Under the pieces are notes generated by a model. It was not told the DNA's origin, did not search any database, and worked only from the letters and a program-made list of their open reading frames with translations. The position numbers were made by a program, and so were the translations under genes. DNA of 63,146 nucleotides, counting the filler, from Rhabdomonas costata (Eukaryota), in NCBI GenBank assembly GCA_019059605.1. It is 40 parts of 40 records of this genome, joined end to end, with 100 filler letters (N's around TTAATTAATTAA, not from the genome) between each part and the next. Parts side by side here need not be neighbours in the genome. Positions count along the whole stretch, not along the records: positions 47,444 to 48,924 come from JAHMHO010014842.1; positions 49,025 to 50,505 come from JAHMHO010014843.1; positions 50,606 to 52,086 come from JAHMHO010014844.1; positions 52,187 to 53,661 come from JAHMHO010014845.1; positions 53,762 to 55,242 come from JAHMHO010014846.1; positions 55,343 to 56,822 come from JAHMHO010014847.1; positions 56,923 to 58,403 come from JAHMHO010014848.1; positions 58,504 to 59,984 come from JAHMHO010014849.1; 32 more parts are not named here. One strand, given 5' to 3'. The first letter of the stretch is position 1, and the number at the start of each line of letters is the position of its first letter. Of the stretch, positions 47,538-60,084 are shown piece after piece.

Positions 47538-48432
47538 ATCAAAGCCATCTCTCCCCTCTTTTTTGTTTTTTGTTTTTCTGTGTATATTTGTGCTTTGTGG
47601 CTTCTTTTTTCCTCAGGATGATGGGATGAGCGACGCTCAAGAATCAGCTTTTGTGTGCACCGGTTGTGGTCACCGGAAATGTGTGTTGTTTCCTCAGATC
47701 GGGCGTCAGGATGGGATTCTGCAAAAAATGGCGAGAATGGTAAGGTCAGACGCATTTAGCTTTCAAAACTGGAAGCCCATTCCTTTCAGGCCTTCTCAAA
47801 CCTGTGATCTGTGATGTAAAGGTCGGGTCATGTCAAAAGCAAGAGTTACAGCAGAAACGACAATTCTCCAAAAAAAACTGACCCCCCCCCCTGAACCTCA
47901 CAGGCGATCTCACGCGGGCAATATTAACCTTCGGGCGCGTAGCCGAAGCAGGACTGGGGGTCTTTTTTATGTATAGCAGGCCTCCCGAAACGTCGTGCAG
48001 ATAAGAATTCTGACCCAGCCCCCAACTCACCAGTAATAGATCACTTTTTTTTTGCTCAGAGCTCTGGTTCAACCGTGGTACCTGTGGTGGTGTGGGAGAG
48101 GGGCCGGGAGACCCCCTTTTTTATCATGATCAACGGCTGAGTTTGAGCATTGCTTTTTGATCAGCAGGCGTTAAAATGCCGGAATCATGTGCTTGTGAGG
48201 TGGATGGGACAGGGGGATGGGAATCCTACACTGGCATCAAGCACCACCACGGGTAATCAGCATTGCGCCCCCCCGACCTGACCCGCGCCAAAGCTTTCTT
48301 GTTTTTACGCGATGCCGTTGTCTTCTGTTGTCTATTGAGCCTTCTGCTTTTCGACTTGTTCCTGTTTGCCTCTCTTCTTCCTCTGATTTGAGCCCAGCCC
48401 GTAGAGCAATCTCGGCTCGCCTCCAGTCTTAC

Positions 48433-48612
48433 ATGGATGTGCAGTTCCTCTCCAGTCCTTTGTCCCCTGCGGCGGCTCTTTCCATGCTTACCCCAGCGCA
48501 GCTGGAACAGGCCACGCAGATGACTCCGCGGCAGGCCGCCCAACTTGCAGTCCAGCTCCAAACGCTCCAAACGCTCGCCCAGAGGCGACAGGATACATGC
48601 CCGGTCCGATGA
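48433..48612 (+). CDS. Probable first exon of a Q/A-rich hypothetical protein
   Basis: ATG follows a long pyrimidine tract and AG; reads MDVQFLSSPLSPAAALSMLTPAQLEQATQMTPRQAAQLAVQLQTL. The 3' boundary is uncertain. Confidence 0.45.
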   Translation: MDVQFLSSPLSPAAALSMLTPAQLEQATQMTPRQAAQLAVQLQTLQTLAQRRQDTCPVR

Positions 48613-49151
48613 ACCCCCCCCACACAACCACCACTCTCATCCTTCCTCCTCCTTTCACCTGCGTGACGAATCCAAGGAAACGTGCCCGCGAGCTCGAAGG
48701 AAGATCCCACTATGAACTGTTCTGGCGGGCCTCCTGCTCTGCCGTTGGGCTCCACCAGCTGTCTCGTTAGTTCTACTTTGCGAATTCATTGTGGCTTGCT
48801 GGGGGTTGGATACCTGCTTCGGTGCCGCGAATTGAAAGCGCACGAGGAAATCCCGGGTTGATGTCCCGTTGCATAGCCTCACGGTTGCCCTTTGACCCCC
48901 AAACCCACCCAAACACACCCACAANNNNNNNNNNNNNNNNNNNNNNNNNNNNNNNNNNNNNNNNNNNNTTAATTAATTAANNNNNNNNNNNNNNNNNNNN
49001 NNNNNNNNNNNNNNNNNNNNNNNNTAGAAGGCACGGTTTCGTTTGTTCGTTTTTCTCTTCTTCTTTTTGGATTTCACGGGGCAGGGATTCATAAAACGAG
49101 GTGCAGCCATGCGAAAATTTGGGTTGCCCCCCCCCTCACTTTGTTTTGCAG

Positions 49152-49614
49152 GCTCCATGGAAATTTCACTGGATCGTGGGGTGGACGCTTCGGTACTTTT
49201 CCCCGTCACCGTGAGCTTCTTCGGGGAGTCCACCCTGGCCAACGTCTCGGTGCGTCCCTCTCTGTCTATCCGATCTGTGCAAAATGTTCGGGAGGGGGGC
49301 GAGTTTGAGTTTTGCGAGACTAAGAATGACGTCATTTGTCTATGTTCAGAGGAAGGATTCCTAATACTTTCATATAATCTCATGCTGGTGGGTTTTGCGC
49401 CATAGGAGTGTAGTCATGTTCCTGTTCTGAGCCTGTTTGGTGACGTTTGAGCAAGACATTTCCGATCTCCGTCTTCATACTCCATTTCGAGCTTTTTCTT
49501 TTTCTTGTTCTCCGTTTTTTTCAGGTGTCTGATATTCTCAGCTGTGAAAGTGGTCAGTCTGTGCCTTACTCTTCTGAAGTTGTGCTTTCTGTGGAGCGGT
49601 ATGAAGTGGTGTAA
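49152..49614 (+). CDS. ARCN1: Coatomer delta subunit, C-terminus (last 2 exons)
   Basis: Exons 49152-49249 (GSMEISL..DASVLFPVTVSF..STLANVS) and 49525-49614 (VSDIL..SVPYSSEVVLSVERYEVV*). Matches the end of the delta-COP mu-homology domain. Confidence 0.85.
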
Positions 49615-50605
49615 GTCGTGCTGCGGAGGGTTCCGCAGCTGGACCAGGAAGCACGACTCATTGCTTTTTCTCTCTGCTTTCCGACTGTTTTCTTGATTTT
49701 CCTCTCGATGGTTGTAACTGCCCTTAGTAGCTTAGAGAATTGGGCTTGATGTTCGCCGGGTCATTTTGTGTCAGTTGCGTGCCCCTTCACTGCTGAGAAG
49801 AAGAGCTCAATTTCCTTCGCTTGTGACCCTGAATGTAAAACACACGATTATAATTTATGTCCTTCGCGCATTACAAGGCTATTTGTCAAACTAGCAAACT
49901 ATCGGGATGATGCGCCCCGGTCGCGTTTAGTGTCGACTTCTATGGATCTGTTTGGATTTTGAATGTGATGCTGTAGACTTGCGGGTGAATTCTTCTTTCC
50001 TGTTTCTTTGCCGCATCCCCCTTAAAGCTGCCCTCGGCGGCCGCACCCTTCGCCAACGCGGACCATCTTCCTCTTCCACCGCTTTTGGGGGGCCCGGCTG
50101 TTCCGCTTCGGTCTTTTAGCCTCTACTTTTGCATGTTCCCCGCTGCGGCACCAGGAGCCTGCAAAAGCTAAATCCCGCAAATGCTTCCCAAAGGCCCACA
50201 CGCTTTGGAATTCACGGTCTGGTCGCGGCAGGGCCCGAGAACCCTTGGAAACAACACTGTCGCGCAAGGATGAAGCCACTCCGTGTGGGCCGCGGACACT
50301 CATGGCGGATTACGCCCAGAGGCCATCTATTTCACAAAAAGGTCGGAAGCAGCTGAATGCTAGCTGCGCATGAGATCGCCGCGGACCCGGACGCCAAGGT
50401 GTGAAACGCGCCGTCCTCCGGCAAAGCATGCGGGTCCGAGGCGGGTCAGCGGGTCCCACCGAAGACGACGAGCCGGAGATCCAGGGCATCAACCCCCCCA
50501 CCCCCNNNNNNNNNNNNNNNNNNNNNNNNNNNNNNNNNNNNNNNNNNNNTTAATTAATTAANNNNNNNNNNNNNNNNNNNNNNNNNNNNNNNNNNNNNNN
50601 NNNNN

Positions 50606-51553
50606 GGGGGTTGGGGGTGGATCTGCGGCGAAGTGCTTCAGTCTGCAGGCCCTCAACGACCCCCGGCTGAAGGCCCTGCCCTGCTCCATCCGAGTGCTGC
50701 TGGAGAACGCGATCCGGAATTGCGACGAGTTCAGCGTCACCGCGGCTGACGTGGAGCGCATCGCCAACTGGGCCACCACGGCAACCAAGGTACGCTCGTT
50801 TGTCGTTGAAGCGGGGGGCAGTGGTTGTGTTGTCAACAGGTAAAGTGTCTAAAAGCGTCTAGAAAAAATATTGCTGTTTTGATTGAATTGAAAAGGTTAG
50901 ATAGGTGATGTCAGTGCTCTTGAAAATGATTTCTTTTGATGCCAGGGGGGTTGAGCTGTGGCAATGTTCCTTTGTATTTTGGCTTAGGACTTCAAACAAT
51001 TGCTTGCTAAGGACCTGCCTGTTGCTGGGATTTGGGCGGATGAGTGGGACAGCACTATTCGAGGCGCAAAGGCCAGCGCCGCGGAGGCCATGCCGAAACG
51101 GGCGCCTGGAACGGGATCGTTTTCTGGTGAGCTCTTAGCGAGTGTTTTGATGCATGGTCCAATGGAGAAAGCGTCCTACGGATTTGAACAGGTTTCCTCG
51201 GGTAGCCTTTACCCCCACCCCACCCCGCTAACGTGAGTTGCAGCTCAGGGTGCGGTGATGGGTTCTCTGACAAGAGAATAAGCTAATTGAGGCAGAGGGT
51301 GTCTCAGGGCCACGCGCCGAGCATGTTCTCTGTTTATGGGGCATGGGTTCAGCTGTGCTTCTGCACTTGCGCTTCTGCAGGTCATCTTTCGGCTGAGTTG
51401 GGAGCGCTTTTGCTTGGGTTGCCCTCAGGCTTCTTTTGCTGTGGTCTCTCTTGTGTGTGTTGCGTTTGGCTGTTGATCCGGTCTTGCAGGTTGAAATCCC
51501 CTTCAAGCCTGCCCGTGTGGTGCTTCAGGACTACGCGGGGCTTGCGGCCATCG
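50606..51553 (+). CDS. ACO1: Aconitase A / IRP family, N-terminal part (2 exons)
   Basis: 50606-50789 reads [34 protein letters not shown]; 51490-51553 reads [25 protein letters not shown] phase-0 intron. Confidence 0.9.
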
Positions 51554-52186
51554 GTATGTCTGCACCATAAAGAGCCCATCGTTTGGGTCCAGTGGTGTGT
51601 CTGGAAACCGCCCAACACTCCAAGGGCATCCCTTTTTTCTGGAACTTCCAGTGACACAGCGATTCAACATGTTTTTAGTTTTGGACGCAAACGTGAGCAG
51701 AAGTGTGATTTAAACATAGGACAGAGCAAGCTTCTCTCTTTCTTCAGACCGTTCCCCGATGCTTGCGGTTTTGCATCCTAACACAGTGAGAGAGACGCCT
51801 ACAGGTACCTGCCCGTTCACCCATCCGAAGGAAACGTTCAATGGGTCGTTTCGGCTAGAGAAGATCCCAGCCTCCCCAAAAAGGAGTGCGGAGTCGCAGA
51901 GACCTGAGCAGCAATGGAGCAATGCAGGTAGCCGCTAGAATAGAGCAGCTGCGCGACAAAAGCCCTGGACCGGTGGAGCAGAAGGGAGGTTATCATACGT
52001 GGAACGAGCCGGTACCCCCGTTCGCTCCAACGGTACCTGTCGCGAGCACCCGTGACGTGCGCCCGTCAGTCCACAGTGGTCACAACNNNNNNNNNNNNNN
52101 NNNNNNNNNNNNNNNNNNNNNNNNNNNNNNTTAATTAATTAANNNNNNNNNNNNNNNNNNNNNNNNNNNNNNNNNNNNNNNNNNNN

Positions 52187-53661
52187 GTGGCTGGGGCTGG
52201 GGCTGATCTTCGTGGGGTGTGTGGTGAAGGAGGCCGGGAAGTGGGCTGAGACTACTGCTGCCGCCACGGCTGAGGTGGCCCTGACCCCCAACTCATCCCA
52301 AATCACACAAGACGGGTCAGGGAACACAGACGCCCCTTGGTCTTCGCTTGTGTGCGCCTGTCTGCCCTATGTGTCTTTGTTGGCGGAGGCTTTGCGGACG
52401 TGCACCCCATTTGTGCGGGCATGCGCTGGAAGTTGTACCTGGACTTATAGAGGTACCCATTACAAACCACCTTCAAATGACCCTTGGTTTTCCTGCTGGC
52501 AGATTTTGTTTGCTCGTTTAGATGGAACATCCTATTATCTTATGTTGTTAGAGGTTAGTAACCGTGACACTTTCAAACCAGAAGCATCCATGCCCATACA
52601 CTTCGGTGTGCGCACACTTCGACAATAGTAACAGGGACACCAATTTCATCTTTCACTGTGTACTGGGCAAACGTGCGTCGCAGCAATCATCAGCAATGTT
52701 GAATACGGAGCAATATTTGGCAAACCTGGCCGAAGGCGAGACCGATGAAGGAATTGTGGTTGCAGTGGCAGTGGTGGTGGCCCACGACACGCAGCAGAGA
52801 ACTCAGGGAAAACCCCCAAAGCGACGGGGGCCTTGGCAGGTGAGTCTCAAGACGGGAGTCAACCCTGCGCGCAACCGAGCATTGATCGAGGAGGTCTAAT
52901 GTATCAATGCCGGACGTTCATATACGTGCACACATGATCACGCACTCCGCCCTTGCTCCTTCGGCAGACCTCTGTGGTGTCCTCCGCGGTGGCCTCCGCC
53001 GCCGCGCCTGCCGTGATGTGGCACCTGTTGTTTGGGCTGGCCATGCTGGGCCTGCAGATTGGCTGCGGGGTGTTCAGCAGTGTCTTCAACGAGACGCTGC
53101 TGAAGAAGCAGCCTGTGGTCGGAGTGAACCTGCAGAACATGTTCATGTACACCCACGCCCTGGTGTGCAACGCCGGGTTTGTCGCGGCCCGGGGCCAGCT
53201 CAGGGAGGCCCTCTCCGCCGAGAACCTCTCTGCCCTGCTCTCGCCGGTGGTGCTCCCCATCGCGCTGATCATGGCTTTCATGGGTCTGTAAGTCTGTCGC
53301 TTTGTTCGTTTGTTGTTTGTTTTTGTGTGTGTTTGCACACAGCATCCATGCACACAGCGGTCGTGGTGGTGGTGGTGTATCCGTTTTTATCGGCGGTTCT
53401 GTTCCATCGCTTTTATCAAAAGTATTCATTCTTTTCCCCTGTGCATCCTTTCGCAGCCCCTCTTCCCCACCCCTTCTGGTTGGTTGCCATCAGACCAAAA
53501 GGTAGCGTGGACGTTTCTCCCAACCAAGAAATCTCGCTTGATTCCGAAGATCCACGCCTCACCCCTCCCCGCTTCAAGAGGAATCGCTGCTGCCCCCCAC
53601 AGGGGTGATGACCGGGTTCTACCTTAAGATCCTGGACTCCGTGCGGAAGTCCATTGGGAGC
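52187..53661 (+). CDS. Nucleotide-sugar transporter, SLC35A family (partial, 3 exons)
   Basis: Exons 52187-52274, 52968-53283 (GVFSSVFNETLLKK..NLQNMFMY) and 53603-53661 (GVMTGFYLKILDSVRKSIG). In phase. Confidence 0.88.
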
Positions 53662-54354
53662 NNNNNNNNNNNNNNNNNNNNNNNNNNNNNNNNNNNNNNN
53701 NNNNNTTAATTAATTAANNNNNNNNNNNNNNNNNNNNNNNNNNNNNNNNNNNNNNNNNNNNGCCACCCAGAGGAGGTGTTGTGCCTGTGTGAATCGCAGT
53801 GGCGAAACCACGCCCGCTCCCCATCTCTCCTCCTGTCGACAAGCTCATTCGTCAGCCCTTCATCTCTTCGCTGGTGCAGAAGATCCTCACTGTGGTCTTC
53901 GACGGCGGTTTGTAATCTGACTGCGGAACTGGGCGGTGGCGTTTGGGAGGAGGGGGGTATGACACAGGATGAAAACTGAAGGGGCAGAACTGATGTGTTG
54001 TGGACAGGGAGAAATAGGGAGGTATAAGGGAGGGAGGGGCAGTTCCCCAACACTGAACCCGTGAAAAAATGCCCGCACGCTTGAACAGCCCTCAGCTTGG
54101 ACAGCACCCATCATTGATAACCCAATGTTAAATATTGGAACTAGAAGACAGAATGAACCCTACCCTAAGACATCCGATCAAGCCAGACAAGAACAACGTT
54201 TTAGTCCGTTTCCTGCCCTGGCATCAAAGCGGAAGCCTTTGAGTCTGAAAGCATCGCGAATCGCCAAAAACATCACTACCTCGCAGGTAAAAATCGGAGT
54301 CTGCAGCTACCAAAGGAAAAGAAAAAACAGATAGATGATAAAGCTTCGACGCAC

Positions 54355-54643
54355 CCTCTTCTTGGGCCTCGGCTTGGGTGCGGGGGGCTCCTCGTAGCCC
54401 ACCAGCAGATAGTCCTGAGACGAGCACAGTGACAACCCCAGTCCTTTCGGAAACGCAAATAATACCAGTGTGAAGGTGTGTCGGGGGTCGGGGGGGGGGT
54501 CTGATTGACATGTGCACAACGGAAAACTTTCGGACAAACAACCCATATGAGGCATGCGCCCAAGAGAGCGTCCCAGATACTCAGCCTAACAACTTATCCG
54601 CGGAACCGATAGTGACTGACTGACTGACTGACTGACTGACTGA

Positions 54644-54674
<31 letters not shown>

Positions 54675-55151
54675 ACTGACCTTACCATCACCACTTTCAC
54701 TTCATACTCATGCAAGAACATGAACGATCAGAAAGTACCCCCCCCCCTCCCTCTATCCCTTCTCATTGAACTGACTCGCTGGAAAGATCCTGCGCAAACC
54801 ATCAGCATTTTTAGCAGGCTGCGCATCGTGATGCACGGCTCGGAGGCCTTGCGGTATTGCTGAAACAGCCCGTGCAGAGTGACACTGTATCGCTCGAGAA
54901 GATTCTGAGCAGCGACAAAAAAAAACGGGAAAAACAGGACTGCCACATTCTCCGCTTCTCTGCTGCCCCACAAAAAAAGACATCCGCGGCAAAGTCCAAG
55001 CAAGTTCTGGACGTGCGTATCTTGCTTTGGACTCCGGCGATCTAAATTTCTTTATGTACTTCATCTGGGAGCCGAAACAGGTCTATGTGTGAACGGGTAG
55101 GATGAAATACTGTACCATATGCCTGCTCTTTGATCCGGTCTTCATACATTC
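54355..55151 (-). CDS. Hypothetical protein (partial, 4 short exons)
   Basis: GMYEDRIKEQ (55151-55123) | MKYIKKFRSPESK (55064-55026) | NLLERYSVTLHGLFQQY..SLLKMLM (54904-54800) | DYLLVGYEEPPAPKPRPKKR (54414-54355). The first two introns require GC donors. Confidence 0.55.
54613..54680 (+). repeat. Compound tetranucleotide microsatellite (TGAC)n(TGGC)n
   Basis: Directly visible; intronic. Confidence 0.95.
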
Positions 55152-56553
55152 CTAATTGCCAAACGATATCGCAACACCCCAAACGTATTAAGATCCCCAA
55201 CAACCACCAACCACCAACCACCGCAAACACAAACACAAAACCNNNNNNNNNNNNNNNNNNNNNNNNNNNNNNNNNNNNNNNNNNNNTTAATTAATTAANN
55301 NNNNNNNNNNNNNNNNNNNNNNNNNNNNNNNNNNNNNNNNNNTTGTGCTTGTGTTTTGTGCGTTGGGAAGTCTTCCACGACTCTATTTTTTAGGCGCTGG
55401 CTTTCTGCTCTTTTCCCGCTTTTTTTCGTGTGTGTGTGTGTGTGTGTGTGTTCTGTTGAAGGGGACATGCCAGCTACCTTTCCTGCGGTAATGTGTGTCG
55501 AACGTTGACAGACTTGGCACAACAAGCTAGTCCCTCCCAAAGAATGGAGCAAAAACCTGTATAGAATATAGAATAATTCCTGTATAGAATATAATTCCAA
55601 TGGATCCGATGCGAGCATTTTTGCTTTTCTAAATGGTGTGCAAAAAAAATAGCTCACTGGGGATAGGGAGGGCTTCCGAGCATCAGCCCTCGTGCGTGCT
55701 TGCGCATTTTACAAAATGTGACCCCCGTTTCCAATAACCGAAAGTAAACGACCAAATTAAAAATAGGGGAATGCGTCGGCGGTCTGGACTGGAGTGGAGC
55801 GAAAAACCATACAACGCGGTTTTAAGGCACCTTACGACGGCGTATACCATCATGAGCTGACAAAGGAAAAGAATGTGTTCCTTTACGGAGTGTGTCTTGT
55901 TGGTTATCATTGTTGGTGGCAACTCATTTCTTGCTCGACTTCAGCCAACCAAAAGGATACGATTACGTTAGTTACGGAGGCCATGGCGCAGCCAGAGCGG
56001 GCGGCTGATGCAAGGACGGTTCCTGGGACATAGACTTTGGTTCTTCCTGGTCGTGCACGTTAAAGTGAAACAGGTCAAGCGGCTTAAAACGACGCCTTGA
56101 TTGGTTTATCGCCCCCCTACACCCCCCCCCTCAAAAAAAACAAATAGACCGGACGCATGGATTGAACATGATGGTGAGTAAATGGGCAGCGTGACCGGGA
56201 GGGCACAGTTTTGCTTTTGTAAAACTAATTTGCAGAAAGCAGGCGAAATAAAAACATTATTTGGTGTGAACGTGAGCGAACATGAGTGAGAGAGAACATG
56301 AGCGTGGTACGTGGTACGGTTCGTTCTCCTGGTACAATCAACGAGCGTGGAAGTAAAGAGGTAAAGACCGGCTGTGGATGCCTTTGGTTGTGATCTGAAA
56401 TAGTGCTCAGTTCCTGTGAAAGCAAGCGGAGTCAAAGATTCATCGGGAGGTCCTTCCCTCTCACCTGAGAAATTTCTCTCTCATTTTTCATTCAGCCTTT
56501 CCTCAAAAAGTCCACCAATCTTCTTCGAGTTTCCTATCTTCAAACAAAGCGAA

Positions 56554-56686
56554 ATGGCTGCGACCGACGCCCTACGTGAGCAGGAGTCGCAGCTCTCTCG
56601 CTCGATCACCGCGGAAATCGGTCGCGCATTCACGAACCCGGCGGAGGGTGCTGGTGCTGCGGTGACCCTTCCCCCATCCAAGCCGG
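56554..56686 (+). CDS. First exon of a hypothetical protein
   Basis: Reads MAATDALREQESQLSRSITAEIGRAFTNPAEGAGAAVTLPPSKP from an ATG to a GTGTGG donor; pyrimidine-rich upstream region. Confidence 0.55.
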
Positions 56687-56922
56687 GTGTGGCGTTTGGC
56701 TCCTAGAGAAGACTTTGCGTTGTTAGATGGATAACAAATGTAGTTGTGTGCTTTTGTCTGTTAGCTTCGGTGCGATCCCAAGTGGCTTAGATGGGGGAAG
56801 GGTCACCGCAGCACCAACACCCNNNNNNNNNNNNNNNNNNNNNNNNNNNNNNNNNNNNNNNNNNNNTTAATTAATTAANNNNNNNNNNNNNNNNNNNNNN
56901 NNNNNNNNNNNNNNNNNNNNNN

Positions 56923-57665
56923 GGTTGGTGGTGGAGTGCGTCCCACGGCTGGCCCACGAAGGCTCGCTCCGGCACCACCGCAACAGTCACCGCCCCAACT
57001 CCCACCACCACTATTGCAGCCGCAGCCGCAGCACCCCTCTATGCTGGCTCATGGAGAGTTGTCTGCGGTATCCCCGACCTCTCCGATCCCCCTTCGGGCA
57101 GAAGGGGAGGGCATTTCGGCCCTGGAGGCCGCGCCAGGGCTCTCTTCCAGCGTCACGATGGCCTCCGGTTCTGTGTGTCATCCTTTTACCCCCTCCCCCG
57201 GAATCCTGCTCACTGTGGGCTTGCTAACATGATTTTTGATAGTCAGAATAGTTCTCTTCTGGTTGCATGGTTGATCAAGAGCATCCCGTCCGTGAAGGTA
57301 CAGAGAGAATGCAAGTGTGAATTGGGAGCTAGCAGATAATTCCTTTCACTCATCCTCTCGCACATCCATTCCCCCATCCCACCTCCTACTGACCAATTCA
57401 CCCTCGAGCACGCAGGAACGTGGAAGTGGTAAGTGTTCTTATAAACCCTTTCGCCGTTAGGTTGTTGTTGACTCATCTGGAAACCCGTGCAAAAAGGTGA
57501 ATGCCTGAACTCTTGTACTTTTCAAGAGATGACCGCCATCTTTCCCTGCAATTGTGTCTTTGGGGTTTTGCCGTAGATCCAATCCCCATCGCTGGGGACC
57601 CAAACCAGCTGCTTCTCGAAGTTCTGCAGGCCAATCGCTCCTTGCACAAGTCCCTGAAGAAACAG
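56923..57665 (+). CDS. Hypothetical P/Q-rich and coiled-coil protein (partial, 2 exons)
   Basis: Exon ending 57167 and exon starting 57577 (DPIPIAGDPNQLLLEVLQANRSLHKSLKKQ) join in phase 1. Confidence 0.5.
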
Positions 57666-60084
57666 GCAAAGGCTTCCAGTGGTCCAGAATCCGAGTGCGG
57701 TGTCTTGGCAAAATGATATTTCTCATATGCAGCCTCCTCCATCATGAAGATGTGTTTGCATGACCGAGCGCGTGTTTGTGTCGTGTTGATACATGTCTGT
57801 GGGAAGGGTAACATTGTACGTCCCGCTGTGGTGCTTGGTATGGTTCTTGACCTATGGTTTTGGTGGCAATGATGTGCCTTGTTGCTGATCTCGGGTCTCA
57901 TTCGAGCGGAAATCCCCCAAAACTGACATGGATGAGAACTAAGTGCAAACCGGCGTCCATCCTTTCTAACTTCTTCCAGGCCACAGCACCCGGGCGGCAA
58001 TCACTCCGAGACGTGCTTTACAGCAGGTTATAGTAGAAACCATGCAATCCCCCGCCGTTTCAAAGCATCCTTGCCGCGCATTCCTAACGCTAACACGCAG
58101 TTACCTTCCCACCACAAAAGGCAGTGTGCCAAGACATCAACTTCATCACTGTTGCCAGCACGCGCAATAGGCGTGACCTCATTTCCGGTTCGTCGCCGTG
58201 GGGAAGAAAGGGGGGCTGCCACAAAATATAAATGATTAAAATAAGACTGGAATTTGTGTGGGATGAGCATGTGACATGTGTTTGTGTGTTATTGGTTTCC
58301 GCGCTGGAAGTGGCGCGGGTTTCCCTTGTCCGCCGAAAGCGCCGAACATTCGCGGAATGAAAATGAGGATGTGCAAGTCAGAAAGCGTGCGCAAAAAAAC
58401 CACNNNNNNNNNNNNNNNNNNNNNNNNNNNNNNNNNNNNNNNNNNNNTTAATTAATTAANNNNNNNNNNNNNNNNNNNNNNNNNNNNNNNNNNNNNNNNN
58501 NNNGTGGTGGGTGTGTTTGGTGGTGGTGGGGACAGCAGCCACGTGCCGCGAGCTCAATTCAAAAAATCTTCTCAAGTGCAATGCAATTTTTTGTCACTCC
58601 CACATTCCCTCTCCTGTTTCAGTTTTTGTGTTTACATTTGTGTTTGTGTTTTACAGCCTTTGTTTCTTTTTTTTTTACCTAGTTTTCCCTTACAGATCTC
58701 TCTCGCGTTCCTTCTTGTAATTGTTTGCATTGATGTTAGATGGTGTTGCACCATCGACGCTGGGCACCACAGGTCCGAGTACACCAAGTGGCCACCGTTG
58801 CAGCTGGAAGCTGCCAGTGTGCTATTGTCGACGTGGAAGAGGAGAGAGAGTCAAGACTGTGGGGGACCTACCGCTCAACCCAGCTGCCGTCCGCCCACCT
58901 GTGTGCCATTTTTAGGGCTTCCTGAGGCTTCTATCAATTTGCTCCGGAACATGGTGTTCATGTGCTTGAAGAGACACATGAGGTTTTTTGTTGGAGGACA
59001 AGCCTACAGCGCGGTTTTGAACGTCATCAGACCTTAACGTTTAACACAAGTACGTCGTCTGCTTTGCTGAAGCCTGCACAGCGCTCACTCTTACCTTCTG
59101 CTGTGGAGCAATGATGTTTAACTTTTTTTTAAAGTACCCAAAAAAGTACCCAGTCTCGGCATTCGATTAGGGAACTGGTTAGCGCGAGTGTTGATAAGAA
59201 TGGCAGGCATCATCAACTGTCGATGCTGTATGCTTGCTCTTGAGCGTGTGTTAGTATACAGTTCCTGGACGAATGCTCGACCCACTCTTTCACCAGGGGT
59301 TTGGGCTTCATCACATCATGTATAAGTGTGCATATGCGTGTTATATAACATAGTAGTGGTAGTCTGTGTCGAAGCCCGGTGGGTTCCGACTGGGCGCCGT
59401 CGGGGCAGAGCGTGCACTGCACGACTGGGGGGGGGGGAAGGCGGTGATGACGGAGGGAAGGCTCTGTCCTGCTCGCCCAGGCTCGGGCCACCAGCGAAGG
59501 GCGAAGTGGCGCAAAGATGCCCTTCGCCCATTTACAAATCACGTCACACCCAACAGAGCTAGTTCACAACGGCTTCCGCCAATGCACACAAATAGGAAGA
59601 CCTCCAACTGTCCCAGAAATCCTGTGGTATGCGTTGCCGACTAGCGGGAGGCCCGTTTGTCTGACCTTAGGAGCCTGTGTTCCGTAAACCCACGCGGAAA
59701 TTCCGATGCCCTTGCGATTCTGAGGCCAGTTCTGAGAGATGCGCCTTCATTGTATGCGTGCACTCAGAGCGACGCCCCCACCCAGGGATGCGCATCCAGT
59801 GTCAGAGAGAGTGTCCACAAGACAAAGGCCACAAACGCATAACCCAGAAGCCAAAAATAAATACCTACACCCACAAGTCCACGTTCAGTTATATTCACAG
59901 CACTAAGGCCATTACCAATACGTACGCACAATACAGAAGCCTTCACTCAGTCCACATCCTATACCCTTACTCACACAACACAAANNNNNNNNNNNNNNNN
60001 NNNNNNNNNNNNNNNNNNNNNNNNNNNNTTAATTAATTAANNNNNNNNNNNNNNNNNNNNNNNNNNNNNNNNNNNNNNNNNNNN

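Noticed and set aside
58773-58890. RCC1-like repeat exon (VRVHQVATVAAG..)
   Set aside because: Only a loose resemblance, with no second repeat or in-phase neighbouring exon.
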